Positions 38,535 to 53,500 of a DNA stretch of 64,000 nucleotides are shown here, piece after piece. The notes below the pieces were generated by a model. That model saw only the letters and a program-made list of their open reading frames with translations. It had not been told where the DNA came from and did not search any database. The translations under genes and the position numbers were made by a program. Positions within the stretch are counted from its first letter, which is position 1. Each line of letters starts with the position of its first letter. Origin of the DNA: Eledone cirrhosa (taxonomy: Eukaryota); assembly GCA_964016885.1 (NCBI GenBank), contig OZ024740.1, positions 218,860,001 to 218,924,000 on the forward strand, in the 5' to 3' direction.

Positions 38535-41500
38535 ATGTGTGTATGTGTGTGTGTGTGTGTAGGCACATGGCTTAGTGGTTAGAGCATTGGGCTTGCAATC
38601 GAAAGGTTGTGAGTTCAATTCTTAGACAAGGTGATGTGTTGTTTCCTTGAGCAAGACACTTTATTTCACATTGCTCCAGATTACTCAGCTGTAGAAATGA
38701 GATGATAGGACCGGGGTCCGTATCATTCCACTGCAAAGTGGTCGTAGGGGTGCCACAGCAAAAAAAGCACCCAGCCCACACTGTAAAGTGGACGCGTAGG
38801 CGCCACGGGAAAAAAGCACCCAGCACTCACTGTAAATGAGGTTGGTGTTAGGAAGGGCATCCAGCTGTAGAAATCAAGTCAGAATCAGTTCCCGTATGAG
38901 CTAGACAAGGTCAGCCGACCGGACACTGCCCACAACAGGACAACTCGTCTAACCCATGCAAACGTGGAAGAACAGACGTAAAACGATGATGATGATGATG
39001 ATATATATATATATATATATAGGATGGGTAGAAAGAAACTCTCTATTGAAAATTACTTTATAACTTTTGGCCTACTGTGACCACTGGGGACAATATCAAG
39101 AGGGGCCCCTCCTCATTTTGCACATATTGACTGTGAATGGCTTGATGTCCAATTTTAAGGACGTTGGCTGGGTCATCAAGGTCCATACGAATGGCCAACA
39201 AGTCCTGACTTAATACCATGCAATTTTTTCCTGTGGGGGTGGGCGAAGGAAGCAGTTTATAGCTCAAAACCAAAAACTCTGACTCAATTGGAGGAATGCA
39301 TTCGTCATGTACTGACCAACATACCGCCTGAGTTCCTGATGAAGCCAGTTGAAGATATGCCCAGACGATTACAAACACTGGTTGACAACACTGGTGTCTA
39401 TGTAGAATTTTAACACTGTACTGTACTTCTACCATTATACTGTTCAAAATAAAACATGTTTTATGAAAATCGACCAATAATTAATAAAGTTATTAACAAT
39501 TTTAAATAGGGAGTTTCTTTCCACCCACCCGGTGTATATAAATATATATATAGAGAGAGATTTTACTGTTTGGTCAAAGAGGAAAGGGCACAACACTTTT
39601 TCTGCGCCTCCAAATGTCTGGGACAAAATGGACTCCACAAGGCACTAAAGGGCCAGGTGATGGTGTTTAAGTGGACAATAAGATCTACTGCTCCCAACTA
39701 GGCCAAGTGGGATTTTGAATACAGAAAGCAAAAGATTAGAACAAACACCACAAGACATCTCATCCACACTCTACCAATTCATCACCCTGGATTGGTAGTT
39801 TATTTTATCAAATTCAAAAAGATGAAATGCAAAACTGACAGATGGAATCTGATGGAGAGCAGAGAGTTTTAACAAATACTGCAGGGTATTTTATCCCACT
39901 CTAATGACTGCATGTTCACCTTATTTACATAAGCCACATTTGAGTACTTTAATTGCTCCGACGACCTCAGACTCTGAGAGGTTAGTGTTTGCCTATAGAT
40001 GCACCTCATGTACATCAGAAGATATTGTGACCATATTTAAGAGATTGGCAAAGTGTTCTCTTCACTTCACAAGGATGCAATTTTCTTTAGAGAGAAAAAC
40101 CCAGACGAGTTCCTGATAGCATACATGAAGGGGGATTTCTTATTACAAAGTTGGGAGATGGTCAGGCAGAATGATTTATTTGCTGATCTAAAGTCGGATT
40201 TCAGCTTAACTCCAAAGTCCTCCCATGTCTTAACTTTGGATGCCTTTACTGTCTCTGCTATACTGTTTCACGCTTGTTTGTCTCGTGAGTACAAGAAGGA
40301 AGACGTATTCCCAAGCCAAGCTTTGTAAGCCTTCTTCTTTGCTTGGATAACTTCCTAATTGAACTAGGGGCTCCTCATACCACCCATCATTACATTGAGC
40401 TGCTTTCGAACACAGAATTTAGCAGCTGAAGAAAAAACTGCTGAGTTGAACAGTCTCCACTCAGTTACAACATGCCCAGTTTGTTCACTAAATGTGGATG
40501 CAATAGTATCCACATACCTGACTCCTCATCAGTCAATGTTTCCCATTTTATTATATTACTTATTACTTACAATATCTAAATTACCATCAGGTCCAGTGTA
40601 ATTGTATACTTTGGGCAACATACATTCCTCTGGGAACCCAGTATTGGTAAGAATATCTCTTAACTGGTTCTACAAATGGAAAGAAAAAAGAAATATATAA
40701 AAACATTTTAGAAGCAGTAAATTACAATTGTTATTCATTAGTGACAATTTAATATATTAACTACACAGAAAACACACAAAGATGAAATAAGATTTAGTTG
40801 ATAGAAATATTGCAGTGCAATGTCTGGCAAACTGACATGGATCATATTTAATGATTTAAATATACTTTGTCAACGGGGTGGTATAATCCACTGTTTATGT
40901 TAGGATCACAAGCAGAAAATTTGAGATTGAGTGGTGCTTTGTGCCCTTATTTGCAAGCTACTCCACTGAAAATGAGTATTGGCAGTAGCTGGTGTTTAAT
41001 TTTGCAACAGACAGACATCCTGTTGTTGAACACAAAACCAAAATAAACTCTAATCTAGGGCCATGAAAGACCTGAGAAGTTGATAGCTTCTGTGAACAAT
41101 TAGAAAAAAGAGGGTTAATAAAGTTAAAAAAATGTGTGCCAAAACATTAGTAAGATATTAAAAACAGAGAGATAGTGCTGCCAACATTCTACATAATGTG
41201 TAAAGGGCTCATTGTATGAATTATATACAAAAATTGGAATGCTACATGACAGTGAGATGCTGTTGAAGATGGCTAGAGAGAAATGAGGTGTGTAAAATAT
41301 GATATATGTATCATGTTAGCAGGGAATGATTGGAAAGATATTAAATGATGTATACAGACTGAGACAGCTGTGATAGTAATCACATAACAGATAATACTTG
41401 TCATGTGAAAAAATAAAGGTAGTCTAAGGAAAACAAGAAATAATTGAGGTCTGATCTGAAAACGTTTGAGATGTTTGATCAGAATCACAATGAACAGCAC

Positions 41501-44500
41501 TATACAGTGAAGTAATGCTGGTGTATGGAAAACAACAAGCAAAACATGCTAAAACAATGATGACAATGAGTAAACCTCTATTTAATAACAAAGTTAACTG
41601 TTTTAATATCATCTCTAGTTCTATGGTACAAAACTTATTCTAAAGAGTTTGTATTAAAACTAAAACTTTACATAACAATTTTATGTAAAAACACTTTGCT
41701 AAGTTCGCAATAGTTTTTAATTTAGGCACAAGGTTAGTAATTTAGAAGAAAAGTTGATTAAATTGACCCCAATAATCGACGGGTACTTCATTTTTTAACC
41801 CCAAAAGGACCAAAGTGACTTCAACAAAGAACCAGAACAAACACTGCAAGGCATTTTGTCTGATACAGTAAAATCATTTATTTTATGAAATCTATGAAAA
41901 TCTTTGTCATTCTGAAAATTTATTGATAAATATAGTGAATGTATTTCTATGGTAACAAACATATTGCGACAAATACATATTCTGAGAAGAATGCAGTTCA
42001 CTCTAAAACATTAAAAACTACAGACACCTCAGAATATAGACAAACACACAAACAGGTACATTTTGATTACCTTTGCTTCACATGTCATACGCAAGGTTGG
42101 CATTGAAAGAGATTTATTGTCACAAAAGCAAGCTTCACTATCTTCACCAGCCATACTGAAATAAAGCATAGATTTGGAGTGTGAGAAAATAATTCAGAAA
42201 ACTGGATATAAAAAAATGCCAGAGGAAACGAAAATAAATATAAATATATACCGAGCATCTTCCCAAAGTTGAAATGCATTCAATAAGGCTACATGATCAC
42301 TACATCTTGTACCAGCCAGATTTTTATGGATCCAGCCAAGGCGCTTTCGGTCATGTGTTATAAATGGTTCTGGAAATGTAGTGCTAGCAGCAACTGTACA
42401 CACAGCATCTCCACAGCTGCAGGAAAGATAGATTTGAAGAATTAAAATAAAATAAAACTGCCTTTTCTCTAAATTAATTTTAAAGTTGTTTTCAGCAATG
42501 CTTATGGCCACTTTAGACTGTCATATATTAGGTTTCAATAATGGTCAAGTTTGTTCCACAATCATGAGATTCCGAGTTCAGTCTCACAGCATGGTACCAT
42601 GTGGAAATGTCTTTAATTAAAGCCTCTAATCAACCGAAGCCATGTGAATGAATTAAACTGATGAACTGTCAATGGAATTCAAAGGGACAGCCTAATCGCA
42701 GCATCATACAGAATCCCCCTGAGAATTACTTAGAAATATTGCTGAGCAGGCTGCTGTTGTTTTGTTGATTGAACAACTGAAATATCTCTGATGTCATTAT
42801 TCATATAACTAGGTGAAGTTGATTAATATTTAACATGAATTTATCTATCCAACCCATGCCAGTGTAGAAAGTGGACATAAAATGATGATGATGAATTAGT
42901 GCAGTGACAAGAAAGAATTTTCAGAAGATGCAGTTCTATGGAAGAAGGGTTAGCATTGAGGATGCGTGATGGTAGTTTGTATAGGGGGCAACAGCTGTTC
43001 ATGATGAATTTTCTGGCTTCAAAGCAATTCTTGATATGATTCCAAATTACCACAAAGCATCATCCGAGGGTAGGCTAAGAAGTTCATAGGCTGACTATGA
43101 AGGAGTGATGCTAGAGCTGTGAAATCTTGCATGCATTAATTTCAACTTTAAATAAACCTCATTTGGTCATTCCATGAGAGTATTTTGGTTAGCCTATAAA
43201 TTCGTCAGCTGACTCTTATATTTCATTTTCTAACAACTCTAATCCAAAACACATACATCACAAGTAACTTTGGACTACCTTATAAATACACAAAATTAGA
43301 GGTGCTCAAGAAAAGCTATAAACCAAATTAAAAACTATAACACAGTAGTATAGGGTATTGTGGCATAAGAAAAGAGAGACTTACTAAAATGCACAACCAT
43401 AAATCATCATTTTTCCTAAGCGAGGTTCAATAGGAAGTCTGGCAAGAATACGGCCCAAAGGAGTTAATTCATCATTAGAATCAAGAGCGCGCATTTCTAG
43501 AATGAATAAAAAAAATATTTTTCCAATTTCATTTCATGATAAAGATAGTGCACAATATATAGAAAATTCAAAAGAATTATACAATAATATAATATCTATA
43601 AAAAGTAACCTTTTAATAGGGCTTCAGCTTCAATAACAGCATCAATAGGAGGTGGCTCAACAGCTTTGGCTAAAAATAGACCAATAGATCCAAGCCGTAG
43701 CAGTTTGATAGCCAATGCTAACTCATGAAGTGGAGTTCGGAATATTTCTGGCGTTGTATGTTGTTCCAGCCTGAAAATAAACAGCAATAGTTTAGTTTTT
43801 GTAAACTAATCAAAATTACAGAGAAATTAATATCCTGTGTTGTTTCCTTGAGCAAGAGATTTTATTTCACATTGCTCCAGTTTACTCAGCTGTAGAAATG
43901 AGATGATAGGGACTGGGGGTCTCTATCATTCCACTGCAAAGTGGTCGTGGAGGTGCCACTGCAAAAAAGCACCCAGCACTCACTGTAAATGAGGTTGGTG
44001 TTAGGAAGGGCATCCAGCTGTAGAAATCAAGCCAGAATCAGTTCCCGTCCCACCCTTGCAAGCAGGGAAAAACGGACGTAAAATGAAATGATGATGATGA
44101 TGTCTAATCTCAATTATAACATAAATTAATAAATTACTATCAAAAGCAGAGAATTTTCAGGGAGATGTTGAGTTGTTCAAATTGACCCAAGTATTTGGCT
44201 GGTATCCTTCCAAAAAGTTTATCAACATTTTATTAAAAGAATTGAATAGAAGAATCAATTTTTTTTTTTTTTTTTTAGATATTTAGTAAACAATAACAGA
44301 ATTACTAGAATAAGGCATCAGAATACCGAAGATGAAAAATGTTCATAGTACTATTAAAACTTATGGAACAGAACTTTATAGATAATCTACCAATATAGCA
44401 CTGAAAGTATGTAAAATACTATTACTCACCTTTCATACCTGGCCCTGCTACAAAGATGAAAGCAGAATCCAGGTCGAACACGTCCAGCCCGACCGCGGCG

Positions 44501-47500
44501 TTGTTCCAAATTAGTTTTGGAGGCCCAAAGAGTAGCATAATTAGTCATGTTGTTGTGTGAAGTAAAAAGTTTCATTTTAGCTCTGAAATATACCAATAAA
44601 ACCATGTTAGAGATCAGTAACTATGAAATACAGACACTTCAACAATAAAGAGAAAATCTCTGGTTAAATTATTCAACTTACTTGCAACAGTCAACGACAT
44701 AGACCACATCATTGATGGTCACACTGGTCTCAGCAATATTGGTTGAGAGAATAATCTAAAAACAACAAAATAAAACAAATAACATTTTGTTAAAAATCAC
44801 GATAGAAATATTTGACATAGGAGCTGCTGGGTATGTAACCAGAAAGATTTCAAATATGGGGGAGATTTATCAGGAATGGTTACAGGAAATGTGAAAGTGT
44901 TATAAAAGAAATGTCAAAGAAAATAAAACTATTGTGTCAAATTATTTTAAATATTGTACGACACCCTCCCCCCAGCATTACTATAATCTCTGCTGCGTCT
45001 AATCCAGTTTAGAATAGATACACCATATCCCGTGTGACATAAGAGGTGATTAAAAGGGTTGGTATCAAGAAGAACATTTTACAAGATTTGCTTACTTTCG
45101 TAATACCAGGTGGTACACTTTCAAACACTTTCTTTTGATCCTCTCGAGGTATTTGTGAATGTAAAGGAAGAATTCGATACCTTGAGGTGCCTGAAAATAT
45201 AATATTTTAATTAATTACCACAAAGAAAGATAAAAAGGAATAAGTAAAATAACTTAATTCCGATAACAATTGTATGCATAATGTTGGTATGTATGAACAA
45301 CAAAGCCCAAAGGAATTGAAAGAAATATCAGGGATAAGACAAATCAGATGTAGTGTGCAGAAGAGATGACACAATGTTTAAGGATGATGATCATTGGATG
45401 AAGAAATACCAAGTGTTCCAAGTGAAAGGAAACACTGAAAGAGGAAAACCTAAGATGAGTTAGAGAGAAGTGGTGAAAACTGATCTCAGTATGTTGAACT
45501 TGACAAAAGAAAGAAACAGAGAGGAGGGACGCTGTATTGAAGAGGACTCATCTAACTAATACATATATGGGTGGAACGAGTACGATGATGATGATGAATA
45601 TATGAATACATACCAAACTCAGAAGACATCTCCAGGTGTTTCTGTAGAGCAAAAATGAGATTCCAGCCGGGTAAGAAGATTAAGACTGCACCAGGGATAT
45701 TCAGAGTTTTGATGTATCGTAGTAATGACTATCAAGTGAAAATAAGAGATGAAATATTACAAGGAATTTTTAGATATTTCAATACAGACTGGTAATCCTT
45801 CTGATATTATATTGTCAGAAACTGACACTGGTTCTTTGTTTTAAAAGTATTCATATTTCAATTTAAACCGTCCTTCATAATTTAATGTAAGAACCTTTGT
45901 TATGCTTCAAACACTAGCTTAATAATGAGAAGGTTATATTACAAAATTATTTGAAAACCATGGGTGGTGTTATTCATTAGAAATATAACAAAATTGTTAA
46001 GAACGAAAAAGCTAGTTATTTTACTTAATCCCTCTAAATTCTCAATTATTTTCAAAATTATTTGAAAATAACAAGCAGTGTTTTTTTTTTACTAGAAATA
46101 TAAAAAAAAAAGCTGCATAAGTTCTGGCATTATTCACCAAGGAATACTAGAACCAAAGTTTGAAATTCTATCAAATTGTATTGAAAATAGAAGAACTTAC
46201 TTCAATTAATTCAAATGACATTTCTTTCTCGTTTAACATAGCCATGGCTCTTCGAGTGGCTTCAGAGTAATCACCAGATACAATCAAATTGCAATTTTCC
46301 TGTAAAAAGATGACTTGTAAGATTAATATACCTTAAAACAATGTTTACTAGATTATCACAAAACATATCTACACTTCTCACAAACTTATGGCAAAACTTA
46401 CAATATTCTGCACTATATCTCTCCTTTTATGTTTTTATCAAAGTTTTAGTGCCAATACTATTTTAAAATGTACCCAGTACACAAGACGAGCTTTCTAGTG
46501 TTGGCATTATAATGGAATGCACTTCTGTAAAGTGATTGATGAACAAACTGACATAATGTAAGGTAGAGAGGATCCTGTAATCTTATGAAGGACTTGACAT
46601 CCTCTATAGGATGGATGCACTCAGTACACTCTGTAAAGTTGTTGGTGTTAAGATTATCTGGCTGTAGAAACTACACTAAAATCTGGAACATATGAGTAAA
46701 GCATGATTATCCAAATCATCTTATCTCGGACTGTGACAACCAATCCAACTCCATGCCAGTATAGATAGCAGATATAAAATGATGATACAGCCACCACAAC
46801 ATGCTGGGTGCTGTTGCAACCACTCCAATTTTTTTTAGGAACTATTTTGTTTAATCCTTGCTGAGGATGTTCTTCTTCGTAATACTTCAAAACATAAACC
46901 AGTAAACAATATATAACAATAAAGACATTACTTCAGAAAGGTAACATTACCTCTTTGTCACCGTCATCACCATCATCATCTTTCTCCTTTTTTTTCTTTC
47001 TATCCGATGGTGGGGGCACAAAATTGGTCATTTGAATGCAGTCTTCTAAGAAATAATCTATGTAAAAACAACAAAGAAAGGAACTTTTTACACATTCATT
47101 TTAAAAGTTCATAAATTGAACTGTTTGTTGCAATTATCATATAATGATAATATGAAAGGCAAAGCTAACCTCGGTGGGATATGAAGGTGATAATAATGGT
47201 TTCTGATTAAGGCACAAAGTAAAAAAAAAGTTTGGGGGGGGGGGGGGTCAATTAAATCGCCCCCAGTGCATTACTGGTACTTTATTTTATCAACCTTTGA
47301 GGTTAATAATAATTGATTCTACTTTTGGCACAAGGCCAGCTATTACCCAGTACATAACTGGTACTTTATTTTATCGACCCCCGTAAGGATAAAGGCAAAA
47401 TTAACCTCGGCAGGATTTGAACTCAGTCTATAAAGGGACGTAACTGTGCTGCAAAGAATGGCGTCCAATCCTCTACCAATACTGCCAATCCACCACCCTT

Positions 47501-50500
47501 TGAGGTTAATAATAATAATAATATAAGAAAGCTAGTGGTAATAACAGTCACTAACCTTGAACTGGAAAAACTCGGCCATAAACTTCTACAACTCTACAAT
47601 TGCCAAAGTATTCACAGAACAGGGTTACATCTACAGTAGCAGACATAAGAACAACACGTAATTCACTATATGTTGCTAACATATCCCGGAGTAACACCAA
47701 TAAAAAGTCAGTCTGAAATTTTATAGGAAAAGAAAGAAAAAGATAAATGACTGAACGAAAACAGTCAAGATGAACTTATAAAAAACAAATTCGAATAATG
47801 CTGTCTTAATATAATTTATACAGATATCATTGATAGTAGGGATAAATGGACTTTAAATGATGAATCTTCAATATACATTAAATAAATTCTAGAGGATGAT
47901 GGGATTAGAGTGCGATGATGACTGAAAGGAAATGGAATAAGATGGTTAGGTTATGTATTGAGGAAGGATGAAAGGATTGGGTGAGAGGAATGCTGGAAAT
48001 GAATGTGGACATAATTAGAGGAAGGGGAAGACCAAGTAAGACATGATTAAAAATGATGGAAGAAGAAATGAAAACCAAGAGGTTGGTAAGGGGAGATGCA
48101 GATAACAGGCCAACATGAGGCCCAGAAGCCAACCTCTGCTTTAGCAAGAAAAATGACTTTAAAATGATTTCTATTGTACACATTAAAATTTGACCAGTTA
48201 AAATAGAACAACAATAAAAGAAAAACAATGTTGGGAGGTGAGGGATTCTTAATGGATAAAAATATATTATTTAATAAAACAGTAAGAAATATGTATTTCA
48301 AAACTTACATTAATGTCTCTTTCATGGATTTCATCAACAATTACATGAGAAACACCACGCAAGCCGTTCTCTAACCGTCGTAATAAAGTTCCTAAAGACA
48401 AAGATACAATATAGATCAATTTAATAAAGAACAAGTTGAACATGAATAGAGAATGTGTGAGAATTATGTTATGGACAAAACAGTCATAACTTTAAAATAA
48501 CAGCATTTTTCTCATTAAAAAAGTTTGAAAAACAAGAAAAACTATTTTGTTGAGACACATACCTAACGTACAGTAGAGAATAGCTGCATAGGGTCGAGGT
48601 AGAACACTTTCAAATCTGACACTGTAGCCAGTACTCAGCCCCAAGTTCTCATTCCTTTCCATAGCGACCCTTTCGGCGATGGATACGGCACTGATTCTTC
48701 TAGGCTGAACAAAGACAACAATACTTGAGTAAAGAAACCGTTACTCAGTAAATAACTATGAAACTATTAATAACTATTCCATTATAGAACAGAAATCCTT
48801 TTGTTACCAACCCAACTGAAATCATACTTAATTTAAGTACAAAACTCCTGATAATAAATAAATTGTAATTAAGTTAAAACCCCACCATAATTTTATATAA
48901 AGCCCTTTTTGTTATGTTCCAAACACCTCCCAAATAATGATGAAATTAATTATTTTACTAAATCTTTCCAAATTTTTGTTTATATGCACTCAAATTCAAT
49001 AATTTACCTTATATAGAAATATTTAAATGGAATTTTTTTTTTGTTACATTTTATGAAATTTATCTGAGAACCTTTTGTGTTAGAAGGAGCATGTTCATAT
49101 ATCAAACTAAAAAGTTATAGTTGTTTTAAAAAATCAGTTTAAATTCTTTCAAAATTTCGTTAGAAATATAGTAACAAAAGGGCTAAACATATAAATAATT
49201 CTTTACCTATTACTTAACAAAATGACAAACCAACTTTTAAATATTTAAAGAGCCTTTACCTGAGTCACAATTATATTACAGTCAGCACCCTTGCCTTCTG
49301 CAACCATGCCGTCCAAAATAAACTGAGGGACCTAAGAAAAACATTAAATTAATATCAGATTAATTGCTAATACTCATAAAAGTTAACTAAAGTACAATAG
49401 AAAGTATGAAAAACTTTCTCAACGACAAAGTTATCATATGTACAATGTCTGTTTTACTAAAGATGTTTCTTCATTTAGAGAGATTATTGAAATTCTATGG
49501 TGGTGATTTAAATCTTCAGAATGATTCCAGTTAGTTGAGAAATGAAAGGCAACCATTTGGTAATTATGACCCCTAACCTAGTTGGAAGAGAGGGTTCTAA
49601 CTTCCTCCTTCAAGATTCTCTTTCAATCAAGCTACTTTTTACATAAGTAGATGGACTGTTAATCCATATTAGACATTTTCTATAGCATTTTGGTCAGAAC
49701 TAGGCCTAGTTAAGCAAAATAATAACTTCCCTAGTGTCGGTGTCATAATAAAATGAACCTAGTATACTCTGTAAAAAGGTTGGTGTTAGGAGGGATATAG
49801 TCATAGAAACCATGCCAAAACTAAAATGTGAGACCTGACCGTCTAGGATAGTTGCTCTGACTTGGTCTTTAATGAACCATCCAAGCAATGCCAGTATGGA
49901 AAAGCAGATGACTATGATAATGATAAATCATCTTACACTATTCCATTTAGGATATGTTCAAAGTAGTTAGGGTACCTTTACAGTGATTCAGTGTTATTTT
50001 TGTCTTTCATTCAGGCCTGTTGGTTTTCATTGTCTATATAAGTAAAGGTATTTGTTTGAATATGCTCATCAACTGCATGAAGTATGTGCACTTCCTTCTT
50101 TGGTTTATATATTGTTATTTCATATTAACTATTCCAACATTTGAGAAGATTTCATAACTAAAACCATAATACTGCTTTTAGTTCTATGATAGAAAATGGA
50201 ATGCTATCATAATTTTATGTTAGATGTTGGGTTTCTACCATCTCTCAATGTTTGTCCATTAGGTCTCACTTCTGATAATCTTGTGGTTGCTAAGAATAGA
50301 AATGGGATGATTGGGTCAAGTGTTCAGGAAAGATAAAAGTGATTGCGTGTGGAGAGTAATGGAAATGTATGTGGAAGGAGGTAGACTAAAAACAACATGG
50401 CTAAAGATGGAGGTAGACTAAAAACAACATGGCTAAAGATGGAGGACAAGGTGTGTGTAGAGGGGGTGGAGCAGAAGATATGGCAAAATAGAGAAGAATG

Positions 50501-53500
50501 TCAAGGAGTCTGTAAAGCTAATCCCTGCTTTAACAGGGAGAATGGTCTTAAAACACTTGTAGGAACATATAAATCAACATATCAGAAACAGGAGAGCAGA
50601 TTCACTTACCTGTGTTGTTTTACCGCATCCAGTTTCTCCTCTTATGAGAACAACCGGGGAAGTTTTGATAACGTGTACAATATGATCTCGAGATTGATTG
50701 ATAGGTAATTTGCTTCGATCATGGAGCATCTGAAGATAGCAACATTAATGATGCTTCAAACTACAATATTTTCTTTTCATACAGCATGCAAACATTACAT
50801 GTACAACTGTTACAAAGAAGTGTGGTGGATATGAAATAAAATAGGACAGAAAAGTTCAAATACTACACTTAACAATGACATATTCCGGAGTCCTAATTCT
50901 GCTTGAATTGCTTCTTTTTCTTCGATAAAGATCATCACTTTGCTTGCTGTAGGCAATGGACAAACAAGTATCGTTACCACTCACTCCACAATAGAGTAGC
51001 CACCATAATAAGAAAGGGATTTGCAGTAATTAAATCTAAGTCAACTTCATAAAAATGTACATGAATTTAAAATTTAGTTCAAAGAAAATGTATTCACCAA
51101 CATTATAACATAGTTCTTTTACTGTTTAGTCTGAGAGGGAAAGGCAGTGTTTATGTCTCTTTCCAAAGCCTCAAAGAATGGTCGGACAAAGGTATTGTAG
51201 CAGGAGTTGCCTCCCTTGTGACACACACATCCCCAATAGATTAACGCCCTCTAGACAGGAAGAAGAACCCTTTCTGTAACTTCCGGTCAGAACCCTATAA
51301 AACTAACAACTTTAAGTTCTCTCTCTCTCATTCGCCCTTCCGGTGCCTGGCCTTCACCAGGCGTCTTCTGCCAGCCGCGTTCGCCTGGCAATCAAACGGT
51401 AACTAATAACTTTGCTTCATCCTTTCATCTATGACATGTCAACTATACTGTTCTATATATCCACAAATTGTTAATTAAATATTATACACACAAACCAATC
51501 GTCTTTGTTATATCCATACACTCCAGTATTTTGTTATAGTATCCTTGAATTGGAGACCTAGCGCCTGTATGCAACAGTATGGACCTCAATAAAGGCACCC
51601 AAGGACCAGTTAGTGGTGTTAAAAGTGGATGAGAGATTTAATCTCAGCATGCAGAGAAGCAGAACAAATACAATAACCGCATCTCTTATGACGTTAAAAT
51701 GCCACTAATTCACCGCCCTGGATTGATACTTTATTTTATCGATGTTGAAAAGTTAAAAAGCAGGTAAAGCTGACCTTCGTGGGATTTGAATTCAAATGCA
51801 GAAAGAGATACAAAGACAATTGCAACAAATCATTTTGTCTTATGCTTTAACAACTCTCCACCTTTATATCCAACATTAACTCAATGGCAATAAAAATAAA
51901 AAAAGCATTAACATAAACTAACAAATACAACTAAACAATGTGACTTACAGCCTGAAGATCTCTATCATTGGCTCTCTGTTCTTCTAGTGACCGGTACACA
52001 TCCTGACTGATTTGTTCCATTGAAGCCTGGATAATAATAATAATAATTTCTAAAAATAATAAAACCATAATTTCTCAACACAATACAGAAATTTTACACA
52101 TTACTTCTTTCAGTTACTTCCATCTCTCCAATATATATTATTTTTAATAAACGTATGTTACACACATGATAAAACTGTTTTACTCACATGAGCCAAAGGA
52201 CCTTCATCAATGTTGCAATTTGTCCAAGGATTCCAGTTGGGTTGTGGTGGACACCAAGAAACCACACCTGGTTGAGGACGTTTAGGTGCAGGAACAAATT
52301 CATCCAGTTGAGTATGAGTTACTAGTGAGAATGGCTCCGGAGGACTCTCAGCAGGCTTTAAAATGAAGAAACATTTTATTCAAATGTCGTGGAGTGGTTA
52401 AGGGGAAAAATGTACTACAAAGATATAAATCAACTTCAAATATTGCTAAATTTCTAACTTACTATTTGAATAGGTTCAATATTCCATGCTTGCAGGGCTT
52501 CATCCAGACTAGTTTCCAGTTCAGGACTGATGGAAACTTCAAATGGTGGTATCTGTAAATGGTATTATATGAAAACAGAATTAGTAGAAATATGTATGTA
52601 AAAAGTAAACAGAAATAACAAAGCAAATGATACAGTACAATGAAAATTATATTTGTTTAACACTTGAAATAATAGGAAAATAGTCTTAACGTTTCGGACA
52701 CTATTCCTTCAACAGAAGATAGAATGAGAAATAAAATAATGAAATAGAAAGTTAGAGTGAGAAGAGGGAGGAAGGAAAAAAAAACAAAAAACCTCGTGCA
52801 TATTCAGACAGCCATTTGTAGAAATTCCTATCTTCACCACCAATTTTAAGTTAACTTTCCTGGCATAAGTTGGATGTGATGTTTGGAGACAGGATTCTAT
52901 GGCTGGAAGCTCTTCCTGGCGCTAACCCTTGAGGGTTTTTTTAATTTTTTAAGTAAGGAATATATTTTCACCTGTCTAACTGCCAAGCAGCAGGATATCC
53001 ATTTATGTGGAATATGAACAAATATCACTGCTTGTGGTCTTCAATGTGAATAGAAGAGAAGGGAGAAAGACAATGGAGGGTAGAGAGAACACTTCAGTGA
53101 GGCCAAGGATATGACAACCTCTCTACTGCTGGTGCCACGATAAAATGGTTGGTACTAGGAAGTACATCTAGCTGTAGAAACCACACCAAAATATGGAATC
53201 TATGGGGAAAACATATCTTGACTCAGACCAAAGACGATCCATTCAACTCATACCAATATGGAAAGTGAACTTTCAGTCAAATAAGATGGGTACTTATTTC
53301 TTACTAAATTGAGGAAAGATTCCTGCCTCGCAGGCACACTTGACATCAACCTGCACTGTAATGTGGACGTGTTGATATCACAACAAAAAGCACTCAGCAC
53401 ACAGTGGAAAATGGACATTAAATGATGATAATGATGAAAATTACAAATTTTCAAGTGTTACTATATAAATTAAAACTTTTCCACAAAATTATTACTAATT

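Noticed and set aside
38561-38635. tRNA gene-like A/B boxes (also in SINE family 1 heads)
   Set aside because: No complete cloverleaf; followed by SINE core and tail, so these are tRNA-derived SINE heads.
50377-50443. Exact ~32-bp tandem duplication inside ORF 50397..50708
   Set aside because: Local duplication in a decayed RTE-like 3' fragment; the ORF is spurious and partly antisense to a DHX9 exon.
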